Positions 45,617-58,166 are shown, counted from the stretch's first letter. The stretch is DNA of 64,000 bases from Opitutales bacterium (GCA_965226885.1 CBDDEL010000017.1:160001-224000); one strand, 5' to 3'. Program-made: numbers and translations. Notes: generated from the letters alone by a model not told the origin.

Positions 45617-47332
45617 TTAATTTTCAGCGGAATTGCGGGGACGCAGAAGGTCGCCCAGTCGATAGGCATCCTTTTCCTTCGATGAAAAGAAAAGAGCAAA
45701 ATATCCGCACAAAACGAAGATGCTGCAAAGGATGACAAACCAGTCGCCGAAACGGACATAAAAAGAGAGGCGGCTGGCCCAGCGGGCGTCCCTTTTGATT
45801 TCCATGAGGTCGGTGCCGCGAAAATAAATACCTTTATCCGGACTGCGCAGGACATGCCGGACATTGCCAAACTCGTCGATCCAGCCGCTCCAGCCGCCGT
45901 TTCCGCATCGAACGACAGGCCGGCGGGTCTCCACCGCACGGAGTACGGAATGGGCGGCGTGCTGGTAGGCCCCTGCCTCTTCACCATACCAGGCGTTGTT
46001 GGTGGCCACAAAGAGGAAATCGACCCCTGCCTGCACTGACTGCCGGGCGAGCCGCGGAAAGACATCCTCATAGCAAATAAGGGCACCCACCCGAAAGTTG
46101 TTATGGGATACCTTGAGAGGAAAAACTTGGGCCAAATGTCCTTTGCCAAAGGAATCCCCTACCGGCACTATCTTGTCCACGAAGGGAAGAAACCGCCGCA
46201 TGGGCACGTATTCACCGAAAGGGACCAACCTCCGTTTAGCGTAATAGGGTTCCGTGAATCCGTTTTCCGGAGTAACGGCGCAGACGATGTTGTACCAGGT
46301 TTCCCCCTCGATAGCCATGTTGCCCATGAGGATGGTCTTGTCGATGCGGCGGGCCAAGTCCTCGGTCCAGGCGCGCGCCCCTTCGTCCCCCTTAATGGGC
46401 CAGGGAGTAACCGATTCCGGCCATAGAACCACATCCCCTCCCACCGCCGCACCGTAGAGCGTGTATTTTTCAATGGTGTCGAGATTTTCCCGGGCAGCCG
46501 CGGGGTCCCATTTAAGCGATTGCCGGATATAGGGCTGGATGGTGGAGGCAGTAAAAAGTTTCTGGCTTTGGATGCCGAAAACTTCCGACCAGAGCAAACC
46601 GGCCACTGCACACAGCAGAAGGGTTAAAGCGACATAAAACTCGGGGCAGATGCGTTCGTGCCAGGAACGGTAGGATTTTCCCCCAATGATGCGCCGCACA
46701 TAAAAAGCCAGCCCTAGGTTGAAAAATATCAATATGAAGGAGAGGCCGGCCGAACCAGTTAAGGCGAGGATTTGCAGGAGGGCCGGGCGGTCCCATTGGC
46801 TGGCAGCCAGGGGAAGCCAGGGAAATCCCGTGAAAAGAAGCCCTCGCAGGTGTTCCAGAAGAACCCACCATCCGGCCAGGCCGAGCAGTCCCGGCAGCCG
46901 AACCGACAAAAACGGTTTGCCCTCCAGTCGAGGCGCCGCCCACCAGGCGACCACCAGCCACAGAAAAAAATACAATCCCGTGTAGAAGGACAGGGCGATG
47001 GTTCCCACAATAGTTACATGGCGCAACCACCAGAGCAGTACCAGCCAGGAAAGAAATCCGGCCAGCAGCGCGCATATCGAGTAAATTTTCAGTGGTGGCC
47101 GGTTGAACGCCCACAGGAGAAAAGGCAGGGTAAACAGATAGGCGGATTCCGCAATATTGATATTGGGAAAGGCGGCCGTATAAAGTGCAACCGTCAAAAC
47201 AACGACCGCAGGAGGCCAAATCCATTTTTTAAATATTATGGAAACGGTAGCCTTCCGCGGAGCGTCCTTTTTTAAATGATACTCCTGCCGGGCGGCGCCG
47301 CGGGGCCGTAATTTTGATATACGGAATGACAA
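45617..47332 (-). CDS. lnt: Apolipoprotein N-acyltransferase (start uncertain)
   Basis: TGFPW, LWPES, KRRLVPFGEY, ICYED, RAVE. Confidence 0.95.
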   Translation of the reverse strand: MSFRISKLRPRGAARQEYHLKKDAPRKATVSIIFKKWIWPPAVVVLTVALYTAAFPNINIAESAYLFTLPFLLWAFNRPPLKIYSICALLAGFLSWLVLLWWLRHVTIVGTIALSFYTGLYFFLWLVVAWWAAPRLEGKPFLSVRLPGLLGLAGWWVLLEHLRGLLFTGFPWLPLAASQWDRPALLQILALTGSAGLSFILIFFNLGLAFYVRRIIGGKSYRSWHERICPEFYVALTLLLCAVAGLLWSEVFGIQSQKLFTASTIQPYIRQSLKWDPAAARENLDTIEKYTLYGAAVGGDVVLWPESVTPWPIKGDEGARAWTEDLARRIDKTILMGNMAIEGETWYNIVCAVTPENGFTEPYYAKRRLVPFGEYVPMRRFLPFVDKIVPVGDSFGKGHLAQVFPLKVSHNNFRVGALICYEDVFPRLARQSVQAGVDFLFVATNNAWYGEEAGAYQHAAHSVLRAVETRRPVVRCGNGGWSGWIDEFGNVRHVLRSPDKGIYFRGTDLMEIKRDARWASRLSFYVRFGDWFVILCSIFVLCGYFALFFSSKEKDAYRLGDLLRPRNSAEN

Positions 47333-47369
47333 AATGAGGACTAATTTTTAAAAAACGCCGCCGGGAGCC

Positions 47370-50300
47370 TCAAGCGTTTCTTCCGTGGCATTTTTTATAT
47401 TTTTTACCGCTTCCACAGGGACAGGGATCATTGCGGCCGACTTTCGGAGCTTGCCGCCGCACCGTCACGGAAGGAAGTTTAACCGGTTTTTTGCCGGATT
47501 GCGCGACGGAACCGCCAGCAGTCAGGACGGGAGCGGAGTCCGGTCCCTGAGTGCGGATATCGCGTGAAAGCATTGCTATCATGGATTCAAAGGCTTTCAC
47601 GTTGGTGGCCGATCGAAAGAGCCCCTTGCAGATATCGAAGCGGATGTTGTTCATCATCTGCTCGAAGTAAACATAGGCTTCGCTCTTGAATTCACTTAAG
47701 GGATCCTTCTGCCCATAACCGCGCAAGCCCACGCTCTGGCGCAGGTCGTCCATTTCCGTCAGGTGGTCCTGCCAGTGGCGGTCCATGTTTGAGATAATGA
47801 CATACCGTTCGAGAGCTTCCAGGGCCTCCGGCGTTTCCACCGACTCCTTGGCCCGGTAGGCGGCACGGACTTTATCGAGACCGTAGGAGAGAAGTTCATC
47901 GACATCCTTGCCGGCCAGTTCCTCTTTTTTCACAACCACGGGAAAGTGGTTGTTTAGCCAGGAAAGAAAGACCTCCACGGATTCGGAGGACGGCTCTTTT
48001 TCATCGGCCAGCCCGCTTTCCTCCAGGCGGTAGGCAAGCTCTTCTTCCACCAGGTCGAATATTATTTCCCTGGGGACGTCCGAGTGCAGCGCATCGTTGC
48101 GCAAATTGTAAATAATTTCACGCTGCTTGTTGAAAACATCGTCGTATTGGATAAGCCGTTTGCGAATGGAGTAATTCTGCTCCTCCACCCTTTTCTGGGC
48201 ATTCTCAATGACCCAGCTGGGCAACGGAACTTCACCCTCGCCAACCGATTTTTCGAGTAGCTTGCCGACCATCCCGGTGTTGCCGAAGAGGCGCAGCAAA
48301 TCATCCTCCAGAGAGATGTAAAAACGCGACAACCCAGGATCCCCCTGGCGCCCGCTGCGCCCGCGCAACTGCCGGTCGATGCGCCGGGCCGTGTGGCGCT
48401 CGGTGCCGATGACATAGAGACCGCCATTCTCGGCGATGCCCTCGCCCAGCTTGATATCGGTTCCCCTCCCGGCCATATTGGTGGCAATGGTAACGGCCCC
48501 GCGCTGTCCGGCCCGCACTATGATATCGGCCTCCTGGGCGTGAAACTTGGCGTTGAGCACATTATGGGTGATATTGGTCCGTCTGAGCATGCGGCTGAGC
48601 ACCTCCGAGGCTTCCACCGAAACGGTGCCCACCAGCACTGGCTGCCCCCGCCCGTGGGCTTCCTTGATTTCCTCGATGACGGCATTGTATTTTTCCCGGC
48701 GGGTCTTGTAAATGGTATCGTGCAGGTCTTCCCGGACAAAAGTCCGATTGGGCGGGATAACCATCACGGTGAGGTCGTAAATATCCCGGAATTCATTGGC
48801 CTCGGTCTCCGCCGTGCCGGTCATTCCGGCCAGCTTCTCATACATGCGGAAATAATTCTGTATGGTAATGGTGGCGTAGGTCTTCGATTCGCGCTCGATG
48901 GCGACGCCCTCCTTGGCTTCAACCGCCTGGTGAAGGCCATCGCTCCACCGACGCCCCGGCATGACCCGGCCCGTATTCTCATCGACAATGATTACCTTGC
49001 CGTCCTTGACGATATACTGGTCGTCTTTCAAATAAATGGAATAGGCGCGCAGCAGTTGGCTGATGCAATGGATGTCTTCGCTGGTTTGCTCGAAATGATC
49101 CTGGGCGGCCGCCTTGGCTTTCTTCTTCTCCTCATCATCCAGGTCGGGGTTACCATCCACCTCGATGTAAATGGAGGGAAGATCCGGTAAAACGAAGGCA
49201 TCATCATCGTCTGGGCGAATGAACTGGCGGCCCTTTTCCGTCAAGTCGGCCTGGTGCCCCTTTTCATCGATGACGTAAAACAGCTCCTCTTTGAGGGCGT
49301 AAAACTGTCTCTTGTTACTGTCGCTGCCCATTTCCAGGTCGAACTTGTCGAAAGCCTTGCGGATGCGGCCAACCTCCATCAGGCGCAAAAACTGTCTGTT
49401 TTTGGGCGACCCCTGTTTGACCTGGAGGAGTTTGCTATAAGCATCCATTAAATCATCCTCTTCCTCGTCTCCTTCATCTCCCTTTTCCGCCCCGTTGAGT
49501 TCTTTGCGGGCCTCCGCCACCAGGCGATTGCAAAGGGTGCTTTGCTGGCGCACCAGACGCTCGATGAGCGGTTTCATTTTGGGTAACGGCATTTCCCGAT
49601 CGATCTGGGCGGGACCGGAAATAATGAGCGGGGTACGCGCCTCATCGACCAGAACCTGGTCCACCTCGTCGATGATGCAGTAATAATGATCGCGCTGCAC
49701 CTGGGACTCCTTGCGCGTGCCCATGCCGTTATCCCGCAAGTAATCGAAACCGTATTCACTGGCCGTGCCGTAGGTGATGTCCCGTTTGTACATTTCCCGG
49801 CGGCCGGCCGGATCCATGGAGTTCTGAATACAGCCCACGGTCAGCCCCAGGAACTTGAAAATGCAGCCCATCCACTCGGAATCGCGCCGTGCCAGGTAAT
49901 CGTTGACAGTGACCAACTGACAATTGCGCCCGGTCAGGGCATTGAGGTAAAGCGGCAGTGTGGCAACCAGGGTTTTCCCCTCCCCCGTCGCCATTTCGGA
50001 AATTTTATTGTCGTGCAGGGATATACCGCCAATAAGCTGCACATCGAAATGGATCATGTCCCAGACAAGGTCATGTTCGCAGACCGTGAAAGTCTGCCCA
50101 AATAACCGGCGGGCAGCATTTTTCACTACCGCAAAAGCTTCCGGCAGGAGTTCGGCCAGTATTTCCGTATTGGCTTTTTTCCGCGCCAATACCTTGCTTT
50201 TCTCCTCCCCATTGGACGGCAGTTTCGACAACGCTTCCTCCATCCGATCCTGGTAACTCTGCTTCAACTCATCCGTCTTGGCGCGAAGCTGGTCGTCGGA

Positions 50301-50414
50301 CAGCTCTTGATAACCCTCCTCCAGACGGTTGATTTTCTCAATCTGAGGCCCGAGCTGGTTCAGGTATTTTCGATAATGCCTGCCTTGGAGTTTCTTGAAA
50401 AATCCACTGATCAT
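47370..50414 (-). CDS. secA: Preprotein translocase ATPase SecA
   Basis: [45 protein letters not shown]. Confidence 0.98.
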   Translation of the reverse strand: MISGFFKKLQGRHYRKYLNQLGPQIEKINRLEEGYQELSDDQLRAKTDELKQSYQDRMEEALSKLPSNGEEKSKVLARKKANTEILAELLPEAFAVVKNAARRLFGQTFTVCEHDLVWDMIHFDVQLIGGISLHDNKISEMATGEGKTLVATLPLYLNALTGRNCQLVTVNDYLARRDSEWMGCIFKFLGLTVGCIQNSMDPAGRREMYKRDITYGTASEYGFDYLRDNGMGTRKESQVQRDHYYCIIDEVDQVLVDEARTPLIISGPAQIDREMPLPKMKPLIERLVRQQSTLCNRLVAEARKELNGAEKGDEGDEEEDDLMDAYSKLLQVKQGSPKNRQFLRLMEVGRIRKAFDKFDLEMGSDSNKRQFYALKEELFYVIDEKGHQADLTEKGRQFIRPDDDDAFVLPDLPSIYIEVDGNPDLDDEEKKKAKAAAQDHFEQTSEDIHCISQLLRAYSIYLKDDQYIVKDGKVIIVDENTGRVMPGRRWSDGLHQAVEAKEGVAIERESKTYATITIQNYFRMYEKLAGMTGTAETEANEFRDIYDLTVMVIPPNRTFVREDLHDTIYKTRREKYNAVIEEIKEAHGRGQPVLVGTVSVEASEVLSRMLRRTNITHNVLNAKFHAQEADIIVRAGQRGAVTIATNMAGRGTDIKLGEGIAENGGLYVIGTERHTARRIDRQLRGRSGRQGDPGLSRFYISLEDDLLRLFGNTGMVGKLLEKSVGEGEVPLPSWVIENAQKRVEEQNYSIRKRLIQYDDVFNKQREIIYNLRNDALHSDVPREIIFDLVEEELAYRLEESGLADEKEPSSESVEVFLSWLNNHFPVVVKKEELAGKDVDELLSYGLDKVRAAYRAKESVETPEALEALERYVIISNMDRHWQDHLTEMDDLRQSVGLRGYGQKDPLSEFKSEAYVYFEQMMNNIRFDICKGLFRSATNVKAFESMIAMLSRDIRTQGPDSAPVLTAGGSVAQSGKKPVKLPSVTVRRQAPKVGRNDPCPCGSGKKYKKCHGRNA

Positions 50415-50502
50415 ATTAATTCGTTAATTTGTTCAACAGCGGGATTAGGCACCCCTGTTGTCGACTGTGTTTCTTCATAAAAAAACAGTCCGCCCGCCGG
50501 TA

Positions 50503-51438
50503 TCAGGAGGCTTTCAGTTTTTTTCTGAAATAGGCAATCGTTTTCTGCAACCCGGACTGCAAATCGCAAACTGGCTCCCAGTCGAGATATTTTCTGGCCA
50601 GGGTAATATCGGGCTGGCGTTGTTGGGGGTCGTCCCCCGGTAATTCCCTATAAGTTATTCGCGAATGGCTTTTGCAAAGTTCCAGAACCTTCTCGGCCAA
50701 TTCCAGAATGGTGAATTCGCCGGGATTTCCCAGATTAACCGGCCCCACCGTCTTCTCCTGCTCCATCATCCGCACAAATCCATCGATAAGGTCATCGACA
50801 TAACAAAAAGAACGCGTCTGCCGCCCCTCGCCGTAAATGGTGATATCTTCGCCACGAAGGGCTTGTACAATAAAATTGGACACCACGCGGCCGTCCTGCG
50901 GATGCATGCGGGGCCCATAAGTATTGAAAATGCGTACTACCCGTATATCGACCCGGTTTTCCCGGTGATAATCGAAAAACAGCGTTTCGGCGCACCGCTT
51001 GCCCTCATCATAACAGGCCCGCAACCCGATGGGGTTGACGTTTCCCCAATAGGTTTCCGACTGGGGGTGCTGGTCGGGATCGCCATAAACCTCAGAGGTG
51101 GAAGCTTGCAGTATGCGCGCTTTTACCCGCTTGGCCAATCCCAGGCAATTGATGGCCCCCATGACGGATGTCTTGACCGTCTTGATCGGGTTATACTGGT
51201 AATGAATGGGGGAGGCCGGACAGGCTAGATTGTAGATGCGATCGACTTCCAGTTTAATGGGGTCAACAATATCATGGCGCAATAACTCGAACCCCGGGTC
51301 GGATAACAAATGGGAAAGGTTTTCCTTGGATCCGGTGAACAAATTATCCAAACAGATAACTTCGTGCTCCTCTTTTAAAAGTCGCCCGCAAAGATGACTG
51401 CCCAAAAAACCGGCGCCGCCTGTTACCAATATTCGCAT
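50503..51438 (-). CDS. UDP-glucuronate decarboxylase (UDP-xylose synthase) family
   Basis: [31 protein letters not shown]. Confidence 0.93.
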   Translation of the reverse strand: MRILVTGGAGFLGSHLCGRLLKEEHEVICLDNLFTGSKENLSHLLSDPGFELLRHDIVDPIKLEVDRIYNLACPASPIHYQYNPIKTVKTSVMGAINCLGLAKRVKARILQASTSEVYGDPDQHPQSETYWGNVNPIGLRACYDEGKRCAETLFFDYHRENRVDIRVVRIFNTYGPRMHPQDGRVVSNFIVQALRGEDITIYGEGRQTRSFCYVDDLIDGFVRMMEQEKTVGPVNLGNPGEFTILELAEKVLELCKSHSRITYRELPGDDPQQRQPDITLARKYLDWEPVCDLQSGLQKTIAYFRKKLKAS

Positions 51439-51649
51439 TTACGAAACAAAAAGGTGTCCAGAAAACGAAATGCTGCAAGCAATATCATGCCTCTTTCGTC
51501 ATACACCATCATTGACCTCTCACCAATGAACCAAACTTTTCCACAAAATGAGAAAAATCTCTTCGCTTTAACCAACTAAGGGGAAAAACGAAGAGATTTA
51601 TCAACAGTCAATATTTGCAATGAAACCCGCAGCGGGTGTTATAAAAAAT

Positions 51650-52153
51650 TTACTTTAAACTGCTGTAAACGCCCTTTTCCATTTTAGTTACCACCGCGTA
51701 ACTGAGGGCGAATTTTTTAGAAGCCGCATTTTTGGACAGACCGCCCTTGAGCGCTTTTAAAACGGTATCGCGCAGCCCAGCCGTAATCTTCGTGCGTTTA
51801 CGCCGCCCTTTGGCGGGAGCAGCAGAAGCCTTGGCCGCTTTTTTAGCGATTTTCTTGCGGACGGCTTTAACGGCAACTTTACGCTTGGCCTTACCAGCTT
51901 TTTTCCGGGGCGCTTTGGCGGCTGCGGGTGCAGCTACCGCTGCCGCTTTTCTCTTGCCCATGCGCAACGAGTATTTGGCAATAAGAGCATCCACTAAAAC
52001 TCTCGCGTTTTTGTAACCGCTGTTTTTAACCAGCGTGTCAAGTTTCCCTTCCAAAACTTCCGCATTTTTTAACTGGTCGGATAATGCTTTTCTTTCCCGG
52101 GCCAGTTTTGCTTCTTCTTTTTCGAGGTCTTTAATTTTCTTTTTTATGTTCAT
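51650..52153 (-). CDS. Highly basic Lys/Ala-rich DNA-binding protein (coiled coil, H1-like linker, HTH)
   Basis: 167 aa; composition and predicted C-terminal HTH (LSKNAASKKFALSYAVVTKM). Confidence 0.75.
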   Translation of the reverse strand: MNIKKKIKDLEKEEAKLARERKALSDQLKNAEVLEGKLDTLVKNSGYKNARVLVDALIAKYSLRMGKRKAAAVAAPAAAKAPRKKAGKAKRKVAVKAVRKKIAKKAAKASAAPAKGRRKRTKITAGLRDTVLKALKGGLSKNAASKKFALSYAVVTKMEKGVYSSLK

Positions 52154-52242
52154 AGGTTTTCTCTTATTTCATCGCTTTAAAAAATAATCAAGTACAAATA
52201 TTAAATAAATTTCACTTTTAATTGTGACCAATTTTAGGTTTA

Positions 52243-52315
52243 GGTAGTGTTAACATGACGAATGTTTGATATTGCTGTTGTATTCCCAGATGAACAAGCA
52301 CAGGACGCGAAAATG
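52243..52315 (-). mobile_element. Right end of a second, distinct IS1-family element
   Basis: GGTAGTGT end; identical to the first 73 bp of 54031-54145. Confidence 0.8.
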
Positions 52316-52572
52316 GGTAGTGTATAAAAAAAGAATGTTATTTTGTATTTTTAGCTGTACAAATAGCGTTAGGCAGTTTATTCTTAGTGCATGGTTACTA
52401 AAATTATTAATTGTCGGCACTGTGGAAGTGAAAATATCATTAAATTTGGCAAGACGCCCAACCATAAACAGCGCTACCGCTGCCATGATTGTGGTAAACA
52501 AAGCCGCGAAAACCCCACAGTGAAATACACCGAAGAGCAAAAAGAAATGATCCTTCGAGTCTATCAGGAACG
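52316..52572 (+). mobile_element. 5' fragment of the 802-bp IS1 element
   Basis: IRL plus truncated insA, cut by the following IS1 copy. Confidence 0.92.
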
Positions 52573-53374
52573 GGTAGTGTATTAAGTAGGAATGGTGGCT
52601 AATTCTTAATTATATTGATGAATGAAAAGTCTCAGACAGGTTTCATGCATACTCTTAAGCTTGGAAAAGGAGAGGGTTTTGCGTGTGAAGCGACCCAGTC
52701 GTTGGCGCAGGGTATTGTTCCATCGTTCCACATGGGCCGTTTCACCGGTTTCTTTTCCCACGGATCGGTTATGAGGAAAGACTTCATCATAAGTGCTCCA
52801 AAAGTCGCTGTAGGTGGCACATCTTTTGTAGGCCCGTGGCAGACGCTCGTAAAGTTCCCGGCAACGATACCAATCCCGAGGCCCAATGGCATAGGAGAGG
52901 ATTTGACGGGTGCGTCGGCAAAGAGCGATCCAAACCCATTGGGCATCGCTCTTGCGCCCCACAAAAGACCACAGTTCGTCCAGTTCAATGACATCATGGC
53001 GGCGGGCCGCAAGAATCGTGCTTTTGAGCGGTCGCAGCGATTGTCGTTTTTTTTAACCAACTCAAAACGGTGTTGGGACTCACCCCGAAGGCGCGCTGTA
53101 AACCGCGTAGACTGCTGCGTTCCTGATAGACTCGAAGGATCATTTCTTTTTGCTCTTCGGTGTATTTCACTGTGGGGTTTTCGCGGCTTTGTCTACCACA
53201 ATCATGGCAGCGGTAGCGCTGTTTATGGTTGGGCGTCTTGCCAAATTTAATGATATTTTCACTTCCACAGTGCCGACAATTAATAATTTTAGTAACCATG
53301 CACTAAGAATAAACTGCCTAACGCTATTTGTACAGCTAAAAATACAAAATAACATTCTTTTTTTATACACTACC
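52573..53374 (-). mobile_element. IS1-family element (802 bp), InsB shortened by a late nonsense change
   Basis: IRs; InsB ends HQYN* instead of [12 protein letters not shown]. Confidence 0.93.
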
Positions 53375-53448
53375 CTCTACATCCCGCCTGCCCAGAAAGA
53401 GCGGTTTTCAGAGGTCATCCGTTTCCGCCGGGCGTCCCTTTAGAGATC

Positions 53449-54030
53449 ATGCCCTGTTTGCTCCTTCCACCTCCATTCAGAGAGAAACCCGTTGATGGGA
53501 GGCAGCGAATCTACAAAGAATCAGATTTGTGGGAGGTTGTTTACATTCGCACACACAATCAATATCTGAGCCTTAATCCTGAAGACGATGATCCGCTTCG
53601 GGATCGGCTAAATGCTTGGAAGAAATTGTGGAGAAAGAAATATGAAGAGGAGAAAAAATACCGTAATGAATCTACACTCGAAAAGTTGCATTTAAACAAC
53701 CTAGCCGAAAAGAAGTATCAGCTTAAACTGCTCGAAATTCATTACAATGATCCTCATAGGATAGTTGCCGGAGTGGAAGTTGGTGGCCTACTCAATGTAA
53801 CACTCGAAATGGTGAAACAGGGTCGTGTGGAAGGAATCCAGGGCAAAGCAATCCGGGATGACTACCTTGAAGAGCAGTGGGCAAAAGAAACGGGCATCGA
53901 TTTGGAGGAGATGACAAGGGAGAGATACGCTTTATTTAGTTGGATCAAAAAACATGTTGGGGTCTGGGCCTTCGTCAAAGACGTGAAACTTCGAGAGAAC
54001 CGCAGGGAACTTATACCACCACCAGAGTTT
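53449..54030 (+). pseudogene. Hypothetical protein, 3' end cut by an IS1 end
   Basis: Open frame of ~194 codons runs into GGTAGTG; no recognised motif. Confidence 0.5.
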
Positions 54031-54145
54031 GGTAGTGTTAACATGACGAATGTTTGATATTGCTGTTGTATTCCCAGATGAACAAGCACAGGACGCGAAA
54101 ATGCATGACCAAAGACTTCGAGAATGACAGCGTTTTACGCACATA
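54031..54145 (-). mobile_element. Right-end fragment of the second IS1-family element
   Basis: The - strand encodes [26 protein letters not shown], a homolog of the InsB C-terminus. Confidence 0.85.
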
Positions 54146-56524
54146 GCCCGGATATTTCATGAAAAAAGTATCGCTGATATGCTTATCTGCTGATATACAG
54201 CAGGATAGATTAAACATTAAAGCAATATCAGCGATGACAAAAAGTAAACAATTAGAACTACAGTTGACAAGGGTAAAAGGCCGCCGTGTGCGGGTTGATT
54301 TTAGGTAGTGTATTAAGTAGGAATGGTGGCTAATTCTTGATTATATTGATGAATGAAAAGTCTCAGACAGGTTTCATGCATACTCTTAAGCTTGGAAAAG
54401 GAGAGGGTTTTGCGTGTGAAACGACCCAGTCGTTGGCGCAGGGTATTGTTCCATCGTTCCACATGGGCCGTTTCACCGGTTTCTCTTTTCCCACGGATCG
54501 GTTATGAGGAAAGACTTCATCATAAGTGCTCCAAAAGTCGCTGTAGGTGGCACATCTTTTGTAGGCCCGTGGCAGACGCTCGTAAAGTTCCCGGCAACGA
54601 TACCAATCCCGAGGCCCAATGGCATAGGAGAGGATTTGACGGGTGCGTCGGCAAAGAGCGATCCAAACCCATTGGGCATCGCTCTTGCGCCCCACAAAAG
54701 ACCACAGTTCGTCCAGTTCAATGACATCATGGCGGCGGGCCGCAAGAATCGTGCTTTTGAGCGGTCGCAGCGATTGTCGTTTTTTTTAACCAACTCAAAA
54801 CGGTGTTGGGACTCACCCCGAAGGCGCGCTGTAAACCGCGTAGACTGCTGCGTTCCTGATAGACTCGAAGGATCATTTCTTTTTGCTCTTCGGTGTATTT
54901 CACTGTGGGGTTTTGCGGCTTTGTTTACCACAATCATGGCAGCGGTAGCGCTGTTTATGGTTGGGCGTCTTGCCAAATTTAATGATATTTTCACTTCCAC
55001 AGTGCCGACAATTAATAATCTTAGTAACCATGCACTAAAAATAAACTGCCTAACGCTATTTGTACAGCTAAAAATACAAAATAACATTCTTTTTTTATAC
55101 ACTACCGATTTTAAGGGCGGTGAGGTTACTTCGGATGCCGGGCTGCTTTTGATCCGGGAAGTGGATCGGCGGTTGGGCTTGACCGAGCAAGCGGCCCGGC
55201 AATTAGTAGACAAACGGCAGAAGGGCAAAGTGCGCCATGAGATGCTGGCCATGATCCGGCAGCGCGTTTACGGGCTGGTGGCGGGCTATGAGGATTTGAA
55301 CGACTTTGACACCCTGCGCCGCGATCCTTTGTTGCAAACGGTAACGGGGCGCACTGAAGCGTTGGCCAGCGCGCCGACTTTGTGTCGTTTTGAAAACGGG
55401 CAGGATCGGCGGGCAGCCTTTGCCCTGAACGAGTTGCTGGTCGAACAGTTCATCGGATCCTTTGCCGAGGAACCCGAAGAGATCATCCTGGACTTTGACG
55501 CCACCGACAATCCGGTGCACGGGCTCCAGGAGGGACGTTTTTTCCACGGTTATTATGATCATTACTGTTTTTTGCCGCTGTATGTTTTTTGCGGCGATCA
55601 GCTTCTGGTGGCCTACCTGCGGCCCAGCAAGATCGATGCGAGCAAGCATGCCGGGGCCATCCTCAAATTGCTGGTTAAACGGATTCGCCAAAGCTGGCCC
55701 CATACGCGGATTATTTGGCGTGCCGACAGCGGATTCTGCCGGGATCGGATTCTCTCGTGGTGCGAGCGCAACGAGGTTTATTTTATAGTGGGAACGGCCC
55801 GCCATGCACGCTTGCAGCAAGCGGCCCGGCAGTTGCAGGAGCAAGCCAAACAATGGTTCGAGGGTAGCGGCAAAAAGCAACGGCTGTTTCAGCACTTCGA
55901 GTATGGGGCAAAATCGTGGCGGCGCCAACGCCTTATCATCCACAAAGCCGAACACACCGCACAGGGGTCCAACCCGCGCTTCGTGGTGACGAACCTGCAG
56001 GGCGATCCCCAAGAGCTTTACGACAAAGTATACTGTGGCCGCGGTGAGATGGAGAACCGGATCAAGGAACAGATGCAATTGTTCAGCGAACGCACCAGCG
56101 CGCATAAATGGTGGGCCAACCAGTGGCGATTGCTCTTGTCGGGGCTGGCCTACACCTTGATGGAAGCCTTGCGCCGGTTCGCATTAAAAGGGACGAAGTG
56201 GGCGCGTCTCCAATGCCACAGTCTACGGCTAAAATTAATCAAGATCGGAGCGGTAATCGTGCGCAACACCCGAACGATTCACTTTCACCTAAGTGAAAGT
56301 TATCCATGGGCCAGTCTTTTCAACCATGCGGCCCGCCGGTTGGTGCCAACCTAAAGGGCGCATTGGCGCTGCCCCCGGCGCTACCGAACCAATGGGGGAA
56401 AGGGGGAAGTGTCTCTACACCCTGAAAAACACCTCAAAATCAAGACGATCCGCCCAAAATACAAAGAAATCCATCTCCAATAGCAATAACGAGCCAAACT
56501 TTACCCTTCATGAAATATCCGGGC
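54146..56524 (+). mobile_element. IS1380-family element, subtype B, copy 8, interrupted by IS1
   Basis: 2379 bp = 1569 + 803 + 7. Confidence 0.95.
54304..55106 (-). mobile_element. IS1-family element nested in IS1380, degenerate (+2 and -1 indels)
   Basis: IRs, 7-bp TSD gatttta. Confidence 0.93.
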
Positions 56525-56815
56525 TAAAGGAGTTGATCCAGATGCCGCCTACAAGGTCCATAAAAGAAATAAAAAAAGAGTATTTGCGCCTCTTTAGTTC
56601 CAAAGTCTGGAACGCTAAAATTATTTCATATTTTACAAAACTTTACAAAACATTAGTAAACAGGGAGTTGCATTCAGCACTTCCTGTTTTTTTTGGAACC
56701 CCTGCGTTCCAACAGCCCATAGGGTAGAAGCAGTCCTTTCTAGGACGCTTCTTTCACAGCAGATACGCGAGGCAGCAGCCCGCGACGAACACGAAATCTA
56801 AAAACAGGAGACCAA

Positions 56816-58166
56816 ATGCCAAACGACAATAGCAACACAAATATGCCGGAGATCCTTACCCGCCGTGAGGCAGCCCAATATCTCAGAATGAGCGAACGGG
56901 GACTAATACCAAATCGCAAAAGGATTGATAAAGATTAAAAAACAGCTATAAAGGCGGAATGAGAAGATATATGGGAACCGATGAAGACCGTGAACGTATC
57001 AAGAAATTGCTCAACAAAGAGGCTGTCAGCTGGCGTAAAGAGCGTTTGGTGGCATTAAAAATGGGCTTCCAGCCGCACCACAGCATTGATGAAATTGGAG
57101 CCATCGTGGGCCGAGGCAAAGCGACGATCCAGCGTTGGTTTGACAAATATCGTGCTGCAGGGCTCGGGGCGGTGCTTACACGCGCCTACAAAGGCGGGAT
57201 CAAAAGCCGTTGCGACAAAGAGGTGGAGGCCTTCTTGCTCAATGGTTTGAAGGTCGCGCGCTGGAACACAGCCGTTCAGGCGGGGCAAGAGCTGGAGCGA
57301 CATTTCGGGCGCTCCTTCGCCTACAAGACGGTGTGGCGATGGCTAAAAAAATGCGCCGGGGTGCTTCGAGTCCCTCGGCCCGTGCATGAGAAACGGGACT
57401 CGGCAAAAGCGGAAGCGTTCAAGCGAGACTTTTTTAAGATCCTCCAGGAGCTTTCCCTCACCCGAGGCAATCGGGTTCGGGTGTGGTTTGCCGATGAAAG
57501 CCGTTTTGGTTTGCTTCCGGTGTACCGCCGGTGCTGGACGCAAAGAGGGCTTCGGCCGCACAAAAAATATCAGACAAGATACCAGTGGAGCTACTGTTAC
57601 GGAGCCCTCGACGTGGTCAACGGCGAGATGGTATGCATCCAAACCCCTAGCACGAATCTACAGTGGACGGAGGCTTTCCTCCAACAGATCAAAAAGCAAT
57701 ATCCTGAGGAGGAACATGTGGTTGTATGGGACGGGGCAGGCTTCCATCCGCACGACTCGGAGCACCCCAACGTCCCCCCGGGCATACATATCGTGAATTT
57801 GCCGCCGTATAGTCCTGAACTCAACCCGATTGAAAGACTTTGGGATATGATACAGGATCAAACGGCCAACAAACTGTGGCCGAGCATTGAGCGACTCGAA
57901 GAAGTCGTCGCAACCCATCTCAAAGACTGGTGGGAGGACACTGAAAAAGTCCTCTCTTTAGTTGGCGGAGGCTGGCAGCACATTCAAGCAAACGCTTCTG
58001 CCAAATAACTTATTATCATACCTAATGAGATTTGAGATTTGGTATAAGACGGTACCTTGAGCAGGGAATCTTCAGGGAAATTCGCGTTGGCCGGAAGCGG
58101 TTGCTGCGAAAGACGTCACTAGATCGGGCATTGGAAAAATTAGAAACCAGTGAGGGGTCGAATTAA
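56816..58166 (+). pseudogene. Excisionase-like HTH_17 protein split by IS630
   Basis: Rejoined: MPND..EILTRREAAQYLRMSERGL|RRYLEQGIFREIRVGRKRLLRKTSLDRAL; RBS AGGAG. Confidence 0.85.
56906..58044 (+). mobile_element. IS630-family element (transposase 56959-58008)
   Basis: TA duplication, TACCAAATC IRs; FADESRFG, WDGAGFH, PPYSPELNPIE. Confidence 0.95.

Noticed and set aside
51555..51599. 11-bp inverted repeat (aaatctcttcg/cgaagagattt) as an ncRNA
   Set aside because: A single hairpin with no other support; it could be a terminator or operator but cannot be assigned.
54504..56354. 616-aa ORF that looks like a novel fusion transposase
   Set aside because: It is antisense IS1 sequence reading into the interrupted IS1380 transposase.
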